A program made the position numbers and the translations under genes. A stretch of DNA of 64,000 nucleotides, from the NCBI GenBank assembly GCA_012798955.1, contig JAAZMF010000131.1, forward strand, positions 104 through 64,103, read 5' to 3'. Source of the DNA: Bacillota bacterium. GTDB lineage: Bacteria; Bacillota; Limnochordia; DTU087. Positions 50,186 through 59,334 of this stretch are shown here, piece by piece. Numbering within the stretch: position 1 is the first letter of the stretch; each line of letters opens with the position of its first letter. The notes below the pieces were generated by a model, which worked only from the letters and a program-made list of their open reading frames with translations, was not told the DNA's origin and ran no database searches.

Positions 50186-51985
50186 GTGAGTTTTCGGCGT
50201 ACACACCATTGTGGACAATTACGGGCTGATCATATTGATCAAAAAGTTGTGGTCTGTGGTTGGGTCCACCGTCGACGAGATCATGGTGGAGTTATTTTTA
50301 TAGATTTGCGGGATCGAGCGGGCCTTGTACAAGCAGTGTTCAATCCCGAATATCTTCCACCTGAGCAATTTGCTGAGGCTGAAAAACTGCGGAATGAATA
50401 TGTGATACAGGTATCCGGCATAGTGAAGGGCCGTTTGCCGGGCATGGCTAACCCTAATCTGGCCACTGGGGCCATAGAGATTTATGCAGATAAATTGGTG
50501 GTTCTCAACGAAGCAAAAACACCGCCTTTTGCCATAGATGCCCGTAATGGTGTTGATGAAGCGTTACGCCTCAAATATCGCTATCTTGACTTGCGATGTC
50601 CCAACATGCAGGCGACTCTGGCGCTTCGCCATAGAGCCACGAAGTTAATGCGGGATTTCTTAGATAGCCGCGGTTTTTGGGAGATCGAGACACCCATGCT
50701 TACCAAGAGCACACCAGAGGGGGCAAGGGATTTTCTTGTTCCTAGCCGAGTTCAGCCCGGGGAGTTTTATGCTTTGCCACAGTCGCCCCAGCTTTTTAAG
50801 CAATTACTTATGATGGGCGGTATGGATAGGTATTTCCAAATTGCACGCTGTTTTCGGGACGAGGATTTACGGGCCGATCGGCAGCCGGAGTTTACACAAC
50901 TTGATATGGAAATGGCCTTTGTGGATCGGGACGATATTCTGGATTTGATCGAAGACATGGTGACCTTTGTGTTTGAAGGGACAGTGGGTGCCAAGATTCA
51001 GTTACCTCTGCCACGGTTGTCCTATGCCGATGCCATGGCCCGCTATGGCTCCGATAAACCAGACACTCGCTTTGGGCTTGAGATTGTGGATGTGACCAAG
51101 GCCGTTCAAGATACTAGCTTTCGAGTATTTACTGAAACAGCTGCTCAAGGCGGGGCTATTCGGGGTATTAATGTCCCAGGGGCCGGAGAGAGCTTTGCCC
51201 GCCGGGAGATTGATGAACTAGGGGAGTTAGCTTCCTCCTATGGTGCCAAGGGGCTTCTATGGCTAATTGTCACTGATGATGGCGGTCGAGGTGGGATCAC
51301 CAAGTTCTTTGACCCCCAGCAACTAGCTACATTGACATGCACCATGGGGGCTAATCCAGGCGATCTGTTGATCTTTGTCGCCGATGAACCTATGGTTTGT
51401 GCCGAAGTCCTGGGGCGACTTCGCCTATTTCTAGGAGATAAGCTTGGCCTGATCGATGAGAACGCGTGGAATCTTTTGTGGGTGGTGGATTGGCCACTCT
51501 TTGAATTCGACGAAGCTGAGGGGCGCTTCCAAGCGGCCCATCATCCATTCACTGCTCCTGTTATGGATGATCTGCATCTTCTGACTACGGAGCAAGGGAA
51601 AGTCCGTGCCCAGGCCTATGATCTTGTGCTCAATGGGGTGGAGTTAGGTGGCGGTAGCATTCGGATCCACCGCCGGGAGATCCAAGAGCAAATGTTTGTG
51701 GCCTTGGGGATGACACCACAGGAAGCAGAAGAACGCTTCGGATTCTTCCTAAATGCCTTTGATTATGGCACACCGCCCCATGGGGGTATAGCCTTCGGAC
51801 TTGATCGCTGGATCATGCTTTTGGCCAAGACAGATTCTATACGGGATGTTATTGCTTTTCCCAAGACGGCCAGTGCTCAGGATCTGATGACAGGAGCCCC
51901 TTCACCGGCGATGGATGGGCAATTAAGGGAATTGCATATAGAGTTAACGCCTGAAGTGGCTAAGCGGTTCCAAAGCGAGGCATGA
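50186..51985 (+). CDS. aspS: Aspartate--tRNA ligase (bacterial type)
   Basis: 599 aa. Has an OB-fold N-terminus, the FRDEDLRADRQPEFTQLD motif 2 region, a GAD insertion and GGGSIRIH. GTG start. Confidence 0.95.
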   Translation: MSFRRTHHCGQLRADHIDQKVVVCGWVHRRRDHGGVIFIDLRDRAGLVQAVFNPEYLPPEQFAEAEKLRNEYVIQVSGIVKGRLPGMANPNLATGAIEIYADKLVVLNEAKTPPFAIDARNGVDEALRLKYRYLDLRCPNMQATLALRHRATKLMRDFLDSRGFWEIETPMLTKSTPEGARDFLVPSRVQPGEFYALPQSPQLFKQLLMMGGMDRYFQIARCFRDEDLRADRQPEFTQLDMEMAFVDRDDILDLIEDMVTFVFEGTVGAKIQLPLPRLSYADAMARYGSDKPDTRFGLEIVDVTKAVQDTSFRVFTETAAQGGAIRGINVPGAGESFARREIDELGELASSYGAKGLLWLIVTDDGGRGGITKFFDPQQLATLTCTMGANPGDLLIFVADEPMVCAEVLGRLRLFLGDKLGLIDENAWNLLWVVDWPLFEFDEAEGRFQAAHHPFTAPVMDDLHLLTTEQGKVRAQAYDLVLNGVELGGGSIRIHRREIQEQMFVALGMTPQEAEERFGFFLNAFDYGTPPHGGIAFGLDRWIMLLAKTDSIRDVIAFPKTASAQDLMTGAPSPAMDGQLRELHIELTPEVAKRFQSEA

Positions 51986-52050
51986 AGATGGCGCTAGGGA
52001 TACAGCTAATGACGTGGGGCTTTTTGGCAGAACTGGTGGGAAATCCTAGC

Positions 52051-52079
52051 TTGCGTGCAATGCGGTTCTATGGTATTAT
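52051..52079 (+). promoter_or_regulatory. Strong extended -10 promoter in the aspS-tcdA gap
   Basis: TTGCGT(52051-52056)-17 nt-TATTAT(52074-52079), with a TG at 52071-52072 (TGnTATTAT). No ORF follows. Confidence 0.6.
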
Positions 52080-52085
52080 GAGGTT

Positions 52086-52300
52086 GCGGCAAAACGCCGC
52101 TGTGAGCTGGACCTAAGGGCATCGCAGTTTGCTTGCCCTACCGTGTGCGTGGTCAACCTGGCTATGTTATGAGCCAACACCATAACATTGGGAGCCTAAT
52201 CTCTGGTAGTGGCATGCATGCCTCTAGGTGAGGAAACATAAGACTATTAGGACGGCACCCACCTGCTTAGGCAGGTTCATTAACAGTCAGGAATAGCGGC
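52086..52300 (+). ncRNA. ssrS: Candidate 6S RNA (ends approximate)
   Basis: About 340 nt without any ORF, between aspS and tcdA. This is the position of bsrA (6S-1) in B. subtilis. It has its own promoter. The transcript can fold into a long irregular hairpin: the end-proximal segments pair (GCCGCU 52098-52103 with AGCGGC 52294-52299), and an apical 8-bp stem AUGUUAUG/CAUAACAU lies near the midpoint. Confidence 0.55.
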
Positions 52301-52396
52301 ATGGTGGGGATCTTTTGAGGCTAGGGTTTGCATCTGTCTGATTTGACGGATGGAAAGCCTAGCCTTTGTTTGTATGGGAAAGGCCGAGTGGTGTGC

Positions 52397-53137
52397 ATGG
52401 TACATATGTTTGATCGAACAGAGCTCTTAGTTGGGTCATCGGGGCTTGAGATACTATCTCGGGCAAAAGTGGCGATCTTTGGTGTCGGTGGTGTGGGTTC
52501 CTTTGTGGCAGAAGCGCTAGCTCGCTCTGCCGTCGGTACCCTGGTTCTGGTTGACCACGATGAGATCGATGTGACAAATCTCAATCGGCAGATCCATGCC
52601 CTCCATAGCACCATTGGTTTGCCCAAAGTCCGGGTGATGGCAACGCGAATCAAGGATATTAACCCCACTTGTACGGTAGAAGTGCACCAGGAATTCTACA
52701 CGCCGGAGAGGGAAGATGAATTTTCCCCTTGGGATTACGACTATGTGATTGATGCTATTGATTCGGTGGGATCTAAGGTCTGACTAATCATGGCATGCCT
52801 TCGGCGGAAAATACCCATCGTCTCCTCTATGGGTGCCGCCAACAAGTTAGATCCCACCGGTTTTCAGGTTGTGGATATTTCCAAGACATACAACGATCCT
52901 TTGGCCCGAGTGATTCGCAAACGCCTTAGGGAGCAGGGAATTGACCGGGGGTTAAACGTGGTTTTCTCGCCCGAGCTACCTGTAGCACGCACAACGGAGC
53001 TCCAAGGACGGGTGCCGGGCAGTGTGGCCTTCGTACCACCTGTGGCAGGTCTTGTGATGGCAGGGTTTGTTGTTAAGGAGCTCTTGGCGGCTGAGCAAAT
53101 CATCGGGGGCGACGATTCTAGCGGGGGAGGCTCATAG
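52397..53137 (+). pseudogene. tcdA: tRNA threonylcarbamoyladenosine dehydratase TcdA (YrvM, ThiF family), interrupted by one in-frame TGA at 52781-52783
   Basis: ORFs 52328..52783 and 52790..53137 share one frame. Read together they give a colinear ThiF-family protein (GVGGVGSFVAEALARSAVG, VDHDEIDVTNLNRQ, ...DAIDSVGSKV*LIMACLRRKIPIVSSMGAANK). The N-terminal start is probably ATG 52397 or 52406. Confidence 0.6.
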
Positions 53138-53140
53138 GAT

Positions 53141-54472
53141 ATGGACTTGTTTGAGTATGCCCATGAAGGAGAGAGTAGGAAACAGGCCCCACTAGCTGTG
53201 CGGATGCGGCCCCGTTGTCTAGATGAGTTTGAGGGGCAAGAGAAGATTTTAGGGGAAGGCAGTATGTTACGCCGGGCCATCTTAAAAGACCAACTTCAGT
53301 CACTTATCCTCTACGGTCCCCCAGGGACAGGGAAAACTGCCCTGGCAGCAATTGTCGCGAACATGACCCGCTCGTATTTTGTAACATTAAATGCTGTCAT
53401 GGCTACAGTTAAGGATATCCGCACTGTTGTTGAAGAAGCAAAGGAACGGCGACGACTGTATGGTCAGGGCACGACCCTATTCCTCGATGAAATTCATCGC
53501 TTTAATCGGGCCCAACAGGATGCTCTCCTGCCATTTGTGGAAGATGGGCTCTTGGTGTTAATCGGAGCCACTACAGAAAACCCTTTTTTCACCATTAATC
53601 GGGCGTTATTATCCCGTTCCAGGGTGGTTCAACTTGAGCCATTGCCTGTGGAAAGCATCATGGGCATTCTAAGAAGGGCCCTTGAAGACGATGCCCGGGG
53701 TTTGGGAGGGCTCAAAGTAGTGGTTAGTGAAGAGGACTTGATGTTTCTAGCTGAAGCCGCCGGTGGTGATGCCAGGGTTGCCCTGAATGCGTTGGATTTG
53801 GCAGTACAGGTGGCAGATGTAGATGACGAGGGAAACCGCCCCATCGATCATGCTCTTTTGGCTGAAGCTATGCAGACCCGTTTGATGGGATATGATCGCT
53901 CTGGTGACGGCCACTATGATTTGGCCTCTTGTTTGATCAAAAGTATCAGAGGGTCAGATCCCCAGGCGGCGCTATATTGGCTAGCGAGGATGCTATTGGG
54001 AGGTGAGGATCTACGGTTCATCTCGAGGAGACTGGTGATCTCAGCCGTGGAAGATGTAGGCTTGGCCGATCCACAGGCCCTTGTAGTGGCTAATGCCGCC
54101 GCGGAAGCTGTAGAAAGAATAGGTTTGCCGGAAGCCCGCCTGATTTTTGCCCAGGCTGTTGTCTACTTAGCTACCGCACCAAAGAGTAATGCAGCCTGTG
54201 TGGGTATAAGTCGGGCCTGGGAGATGGCGGAACGAACTGGAACAGTGGAGGCCCCCATCCATCTGCGGGATTCCCACTATGCAGGAGCTGCCCAGTTAGG
54301 GCACGGGGTGGAATATAAGTATCCCCATGATTTCTCTGGACATTGGGTAGCTCAGCAGTATTTACCTGATGGAATCCAAGACGCCATTTTCTACGAGGCA
54401 ACTGATCAAGGGTATGAGGCAAAGATAGCTAGATTGATGGCCGGGCGTACTTCGAATGCAAAAAACGAATAG
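53141..54472 (+). CDS. rarA: Replication-associated recombination protein A (AAA+ ATPase)
   Basis: Walker A GPPGTGKT, Walker [11 protein letters not shown], and a MgsA C-terminal domain ([26 protein letters not shown]). Confidence 0.9.
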   Translation: MDLFEYAHEGESRKQAPLAVRMRPRCLDEFEGQEKILGEGSMLRRAILKDQLQSLILYGPPGTGKTALAAIVANMTRSYFVTLNAVMATVKDIRTVVEEAKERRRLYGQGTTLFLDEIHRFNRAQQDALLPFVEDGLLVLIGATTENPFFTINRALLSRSRVVQLEPLPVESIMGILRRALEDDARGLGGLKVVVSEEDLMFLAEAAGGDARVALNALDLAVQVADVDDEGNRPIDHALLAEAMQTRLMGYDRSGDGHYDLASCLIKSIRGSDPQAALYWLARMLLGGEDLRFISRRLVISAVEDVGLADPQALVVANAAAEAVERIGLPEARLIFAQAVVYLATAPKSNAACVGISRAWEMAERTGTVEAPIHLRDSHYAGAAQLGHGVEYKYPHDFSGHWVAQQYLPDGIQDAIFYEATDQGYEAKIARLMAGRTSNAKNE

Positions 54473-54525
54473 GCGGATAAGCGGAACCAGGAGCAGTTCC
54501 CGTGTAAAATTAGGTGTTTTGCATA

Positions 54526-54554
54526 TTGACACCCATGGGGGCTTGTGTTATTAT
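54526..54554 (+). promoter_or_regulatory. Near-consensus extended -10 promoter for the Rrf2-iscS-iscU-mnmA operon
   Basis: TTGACA(54526-54531)-17 nt-TATTAT(54549-54554), preceded by TGT. An inverted repeat ACTAG-N5-CTAGT (54558-54572) sits at the predicted transcript start. Confidence 0.6.
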
Positions 54555-54607
54555 GTGACTAGATTTCCTAGTGAAGCACTCGGGATTAGTTGAGGGGGGC
54601 AATCAGA

Positions 54608-55024
54608 TTGCGTATTTCTACCAAGGGTGGGTATGGTATTCGAGCCATGTTCGAGTTGGCTATGGCCCATGGGCAGGGTCCTGTGCCTCTCAAAGTTGTT
54701 GCGGCTAAGCAGTCTATTTCCGAGAATTACTTAGAGCAGTTGATGGGCATGCTCCGCAAGGCGGGGCTTGTCAATGGTATCCGGGGTGCCCGGGGTGGGT
54801 ATGAACTGGCCCTTGCACCTGAGGATATTCGAGTAGGAGATGTGATCCGTGCACTAGAGGGACCCATCTCCCCCATTAGTTGTGTCGATCAAAATGGGGC
54901 CTCTGATTGTGAACGCTTGGAGACATGTCCTACCAGAGGTCTGTGGAAAAAGCTTAGAGACAGTATGACAGAGGTATTGGACTCCACTACATTGGCTGAT
55001 CTTTGTCAGGAGTCCATGAAGTAG
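54608..55024 (+). CDS. Rrf2-family transcriptional regulator, IscR-like (three clustered Cys)
   Basis: Has RISTKGGYGIRAM and a wHTH, plus C-x9-C-x5-C (CVDQNGASDCERLETC), which could ligate an Fe-S cluster. TTG 54608 lies 7 nt after GAGGGGGG. The track ORF starts at 54590. Confidence 0.8.
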   Translation: MRISTKGGYGIRAMFELAMAHGQGPVPLKVVAAKQSISENYLEQLMGMLRKAGLVNGIRGARGGYELALAPEDIRVGDVIRALEGPISPISCVDQNGASDCERLETCPTRGLWKKLRDSMTEVLDSTTLADLCQESMK

Positions 55025-55075
55025 TAGATCATGGCCGCCTCTTGGCCTAAATCGATGAGAATAGGAGGGATAGGC

Positions 55076-56260
55076 TTGAAAGAGCAGATATATTTAGATC
55101 ACGCATCTACAACACCTATGCGTCGGGAAGTGCTAGAAGCGATGCTACCCTTCATGGCAGAACAGTATGGTAATCCGTCTAGCATATATCGGATGGGCAG
55201 GGAGGCCCGGGCGGCACTAGACCGTTCTCGGGATCAAGTGGCTGCCTTACTGGGCGCCGAGGCAAGGGAGATTGTTTTCACAGCCGGTGGTTCAGAAGCC
55301 GATAATTTGGCGATTAAGGGCGCGGCTTTTGCTAGACGCCGGCGAGGTAATCATATTATTGTATCGTCTATAGAGCACCCCGCCGTCCTTGACACCAGTA
55401 GACAGCTGGAAAAGCATGGCTTTGAGATCACCTATATACCGGTGGATGCCGAGGGGTTAGTGCATCCGGATGCTCTAGCTGCCGCCATTACACCTGAGAC
55501 TATCTTGGTCAGTATCATGCATGCCAATAATGAGATTGGTACAATCCAGCCCATTGCTGAGATTAGTCGCCTGCTTAGGGAAAAGTCTATCCTCTTTCAT
55601 ACGGACGCTGTGCAAACCGTGGGCCATGTTCCCGTAAATGTGCAGGACCTTGGGGTGGATCTTTTGAGCCTTTCGGCCCACAAGTTCTATGGCCCTAAGG
55701 GCGTGGGCGCACTTTATGTGAAGCAGGGGGTAAGGCTGGAACCCCTAGTCAATGGAGGCGGACAAGAACGCCAGCGTCGGGCTGGCACCGAAAATGTAGC
55801 TGGTATCGTGGGCCTTGCCACGGCCCTAGGGATGGCGTTGTCGGAAATAGATAGTGTTGGTAGTCGTTTGCGCAACCTGCAAAATCGATTGATTGACGGG
55901 GTTATGGAGACCATACCCCACACACGGCTCAATGGCCATCGGACACGGCGCTTGCCAGGCAATGTGAGCTTCTGCTTTGAGTTTATTGAAGGCGAGTCCT
56001 TGCTCTTGAACTTGGACATGCTGGGTATCGCCGCTTCTAGTGGTTCAGCTTGTACATCTGGCTCTTTGGAACCTTCCCATGTGCTTTTGGCCTTGGGTCT
56101 CCCCCATGAGATTGCCCACGGGTCCTTAAGATTGACATTAGGGAGAGACACTCAAGAGGCCGAGATCGATAGGGTAATTGATGTCTTGCCAGGCATCGTA
56201 GATAAACTAAGGCAGATGTCACCACTATATGACGCAAAGGCTGTTAGTTACAGAAGCTAA
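55076..56260 (+). CDS. iscS: Cysteine desulfurase (NifS/IscS class I)
   Basis: Has IYLDHASTTP, the PLP lysine region SLSAHKFYGPKG, and the catalytic loop SSGSACTSG. TTG 55076 lies 5 nt after AGGAGGGA. The track ORF starts at 55031. Confidence 0.85.
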   Translation: MKEQIYLDHASTTPMRREVLEAMLPFMAEQYGNPSSIYRMGREARAALDRSRDQVAALLGAEAREIVFTAGGSEADNLAIKGAAFARRRRGNHIIVSSIEHPAVLDTSRQLEKHGFEITYIPVDAEGLVHPDALAAAITPETILVSIMHANNEIGTIQPIAEISRLLREKSILFHTDAVQTVGHVPVNVQDLGVDLLSLSAHKFYGPKGVGALYVKQGVRLEPLVNGGGQERQRRAGTENVAGIVGLATALGMALSEIDSVGSRLRNLQNRLIDGVMETIPHTRLNGHRTRRLPGNVSFCFEFIEGESLLLNLDMLGIAASSGSACTSGSLEPSHVLLALGLPHEIAHGSLRLTLGRDTQEAEIDRVIDVLPGIVDKLRQMSPLYDAKAVSYRS

Positions 56261-56293
56261 TCAGGGTGAAGTGGGAAGGGGAAATTCGGAATC

Positions 56294-56683
56294 ATGTATA
56301 GCGAAAAAGTAATGGATCATTTTACTAACCCTCGGAATGTTGGAGAAATACTTGATGCCGATGGGGTGGGCGCTGAAGGTAACCCGGTCTGTGGAGATAT
56401 CATGAAGCTATGGATCAAAGTTCGGGATAACCGCATAGTTGATGCTAGATTCAAGACATTTGGCTGTGGAGCAGCTATCGCGACAAGCAGTATGATTACG
56501 GAAATGGTGATTGGCAAGACTATTGATGAAGCCATGGAGATTAGTGATCAGGCTGTGGCAGATGCTCTAGATGGCCTACCTCCCATGAAGATGCACTGCT
56601 CCAATTTGGCGGCGGCGGCCCTAAGACGAGCCATCAATGATTATCAGTCTAGACAGGAGGGCGCTTGTCAGGACAATGGGTAA
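56294..56683 (+). CDS. iscU: Fe-S cluster assembly scaffold IscU/NifU-like
   Basis: 129 aa. Has HFTNPRNVG and the three conserved Cys ([20 protein letters not shown]). Confidence 0.9.
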   Translation: MYSEKVMDHFTNPRNVGEILDADGVGAEGNPVCGDIMKLWIKVRDNRIVDARFKTFGCGAAIATSSMITEMVIGKTIDEAMEISDQAVADALDGLPPMKMHCSNLAAAALRRAINDYQSRQEGACQDNG

Positions 56684-57767
56684 CAGCGATAAGGTCACAG
56701 TGGTTGTGGCTATGAGCGGGGGCGTGGATAGCTCAGTTGCCGCGGCCCTGCTTAAGGAAGAGGGTTACACCGTTATTGGTTTGACAATGGAGATATGGCC
56801 TAGTGGCATGGAAGCCTCTGAGGGTGGTTGTTGCTCATTAGAAGCAGTGGAAGATGCCCGGCGAGTTGCGGCCAAGCTAGATATCCCATACTACGTTGTG
56901 AACCTGAGGGAGATCTTCGCTAAAGAGGTTATCGAACCTTTTACCGAAGCATATCTCCACGGGCGTACTCCCAATCCTTGTATCATGTGCAATAAACAGA
57001 TTAAATTCGGTGCATTGTGGGAGAAGGCTCGGCAGTTAGATGCTCAATATGTGGCTACTGGGCACTATGCCCGTATAGAATCAGATGCTGTCTCCGGTAG
57101 ATATCTGCTAAAACGGGGGCGGGATGTGACGAAGGATCAGACCTATGCTTTGTACAACATGACCCAGGAGCAACTGGCCCATACGCTTTTTCCCCTCGGA
57201 GAATTTGAGAAAGACAAGATCAGAGAAAAAGCGGGACAGCTGGGCTTAGGTGTGGCCGATAAACCTGATAGCCAGGAGATTTGCTTCGTGCCCAACGACG
57301 ATTACCGGGCTTTTTTGCAGGAGGAGGCACCGGAAAGTCACCATCCTGGGGATATTGTGGATCTTGAGGGAAATCGCCTAGGCCGCCATATGGGCCTTGC
57401 ATTTTACACAATTGGACAGCGTAAGGGGTTAGGCTTGTCGGCATCGGAGCCCTTGTATGTAGTGGGGCTTGATGTAGAGCGTAATCAAGTGGTTGTTGGT
57501 CCCAACGCTAGTGTCTACGCCCCCGGACTTAGGGCTACGGAAGTGAATTGGATTTCCATATCTAGGCTTACCGAGGAATTGACAGTGGAGGCGAAAATCC
57601 GGTACAACACAAGGCCGGTAACTGCCCGTATCAGGCCTCAAGGTGAGGATATATTGACTGTTTTTGATACCCCCCAACGGGCCATCACACCGGGGCAATC
57701 CGTTGTCTGGTATCAAGGAGATTTGGTCGTAGGCGGTGGAATTATTGAAGAGCCAATGTCTTCCTAG
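56676..57767 (+). CDS. mnmA: tRNA 2-thiouridine(34) synthase
   Basis: PP-loop [17 protein letters not shown] and the TGHYAR motif. ATG 56676 gives the homologous N-terminus. The track ORF starts at 56637. Confidence 0.9.
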   Translation: MGNSDKVTVVVAMSGGVDSSVAAALLKEEGYTVIGLTMEIWPSGMEASEGGCCSLEAVEDARRVAAKLDIPYYVVNLREIFAKEVIEPFTEAYLHGRTPNPCIMCNKQIKFGALWEKARQLDAQYVATGHYARIESDAVSGRYLLKRGRDVTKDQTYALYNMTQEQLAHTLFPLGEFEKDKIREKAGQLGLGVADKPDSQEICFVPNDDYRAFLQEEAPESHHPGDIVDLEGNRLGRHMGLAFYTIGQRKGLGLSASEPLYVVGLDVERNQVVVGPNASVYAPGLRATEVNWISISRLTEELTVEAKIRYNTRPVTARIRPQGEDILTVFDTPQRAITPGQSVVWYQGDLVVGGGIIEEPMSS

Positions 57768-57865
57768 CAGGGCATTTGGTTCCTTTTATATCTGGAGCCT
57801 CCTTGGGGACATAATATAGTGGGAGCACAGTCTGCTAGCTAGGTAACCACTAAGGAGGCTATTTC

Positions 57866-58108
57866 ATGAACTCACGTTTTACCAAAGGCATGCTCTACGG
57901 GGGCCTTGCGGGTGCAGCAATCGGCGCATATTGGATGCTCAAGACTGATCGATCCACGGAGAGAATGCTCCTTGAACGGGATCGGCAGATGCGTAGATCA
58001 GCTCGTCGCACAGCGGCAGCTGTCAGAGATGGTGCGCGGCACGTTGGTTCAGCGTGGCAGTCGGGCAAGGGTGCGATGAGGGCTGGCTGGCATGCTTGGA
58101 GAGATTGA
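57866..58108 (+). CDS. Small membrane protein, YtxH-like
   Basis: 80 aa. N-terminal glycine-zipper TM helix (GMLYGGLAGAAIGAYWML), then a basic helical tail. AAGGAGG RBS lies 6 nt upstream. Confidence 0.5.
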   Translation: MNSRFTKGMLYGGLAGAAIGAYWMLKTDRSTERMLLERDRQMRRSARRTAAAVRDGARHVGSAWQSGKGAMRAGWHAWRD

Positions 58109-58129
58109 ACTAGTTGATGGTGATCAATA

Positions 58130-59152
58130 ATGCACCGGCTGAGAAATATGTTGACCGGGGCCGGGATCCTCTTCGGCTTAGTTTTCTTGTATTGGGTGAG
58201 GGGGATTTTGGGCCCCTTTCTCTTAGGGGGTGCAATGGCGTATCTAGCCCACCCTATAGTGGTTAAGCTTGAAGAGCGCCAAGTGCCCCGGCAGATGGGT
58301 ACTGTCCTGGTTTATCTGGCCTTTGCCACTATTATCGGCCTGATTGTTTATGCTTTTGGGCCTAGTCTTTTGATGGAGATCAACCAGATATTGGTAAGAT
58401 TGCCTAATCAGACCGGCAAGCTGGAGAATATCACTAGGGATGCAGTAGGAGACATAAAGCGCTTGCCTTTGCCGGCTAACCTTCAAGAGATAGTCAATGA
58501 TGCCATTCAACGTTCTGAACAGTTAGTTCAGGGGTTTGCTAGAAAATTGGTGGATTTTCTTGTGGATCTCTTCTCAAAGATTTTCTGGTTTTGGTTAGCT
58601 CCGGTAATCGCCTATTATCTCATTTTGGATTGGGACGAGTTCAGCGAGAAATGGCTTGAGATGATTCCAGCCTCCTACCGTCCGGCGGTTGTCCTATTAT
58701 CTCAGGAGGTAGATGGGGTGCTTACTGGCTTTGTTTTAGGGCGCCTAATAGTCTCTGGCATTGTCGGTTTTCTAATAACCTTGGGGCTTATGGCTCTAGA
58801 TGTGCAGTTTGCCACGTTTTTGGGTGTCTTGGCCGGTGTATTTGATCTGATTCCTTATCTGGGCCCTATAGTGGGAGCTGTGCCCGCCGTGATTTTCGCA
58901 TTTTTGTCATCTCCTTGGAAGGCTCTTTGGGTTGTAGTCCTATTTTTTGTGGTGAACCAGCTAGAAGCAGTGGTACTAGCGCCTCGCATTGTGGGTGGAA
59001 GGGTAGGCTTGCATCCGGTTGTCACCATCTTCGCCCTCTTGGCCGGTGGGCATCTCTGGGGTATTGGTGGTGTGCTAGTAGCGGTTCCCATGGCAGCAAC
59101 ACTCCGTGTAATCCTGGTCTTTGTTGGCCGTGTGTTAAGGGTCTATAGTTGA
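58130..59152 (+). CDS. AI-2E family transporter (PerM/YtvI-like permease)
   Basis: 340 aa with about 8 TM helices. The C-terminal pattern GLIPYLGPIVGAVPAV...VVNQLE...P.IVG is typical of UPF0118/AI-2E. Confidence 0.75.
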   Translation: MHRLRNMLTGAGILFGLVFLYWVRGILGPFLLGGAMAYLAHPIVVKLEERQVPRQMGTVLVYLAFATIIGLIVYAFGPSLLMEINQILVRLPNQTGKLENITRDAVGDIKRLPLPANLQEIVNDAIQRSEQLVQGFARKLVDFLVDLFSKIFWFWLAPVIAYYLILDWDEFSEKWLEMIPASYRPAVVLLSQEVDGVLTGFVLGRLIVSGIVGFLITLGLMALDVQFATFLGVLAGVFDLIPYLGPIVGAVPAVIFAFLSSPWKALWVVVLFFVVNQLEAVVLAPRIVGGRVGLHPVVTIFALLAGGHLWGIGGVLVAVPMAATLRVILVFVGRVLRVYS

Positions 59153-59177
59153 CAAAAGGCGACCTGTTGGATATGAT
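59149..59177 (+). promoter_or_regulatory. Near-consensus sigma-A promoter for alaS
   Basis: TTGACA(59149-59154)-17 nt-TATGAT(59172-59177). It overlaps the stop codon of the upstream permease gene. Confidence 0.6.
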
Positions 59178-59334
59178 CTAACTGCAAATAGTGGGCACAG
59201 AGCCAATTCTGGCAATTGTGTCCTCGCCATACTATTCGTCAAGTCTGCTTCGCTGGCAAGCGCAGGATATATAAGGGAGGGAGCGGGCGACTTTTTTTTG
59301 TCGAGTTATACTACCAGACAAAATCGCCCATGAC

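Noticed and set aside
52781-52783. The in-frame TGA in tcdA as a selenocysteine codon or as evidence of a reassigned genetic code.
   Set aside because: I could not find a convincing SECIS-like hairpin directly downstream. The aligned position is not a conserved Cys or catalytic residue in TcdA. Several other genes in the window clearly terminate at TGA, which argues against code 4/25-type reassignment.
59178-59334. T-box riboswitch upstream of alaS.
   Set aside because: The leader is only about 150 nt. I find no T-box core sequence, no GA/K-turn plus specifier-loop stem I, and no stable hairpin immediately preceding the T8 run at 59292-59299.
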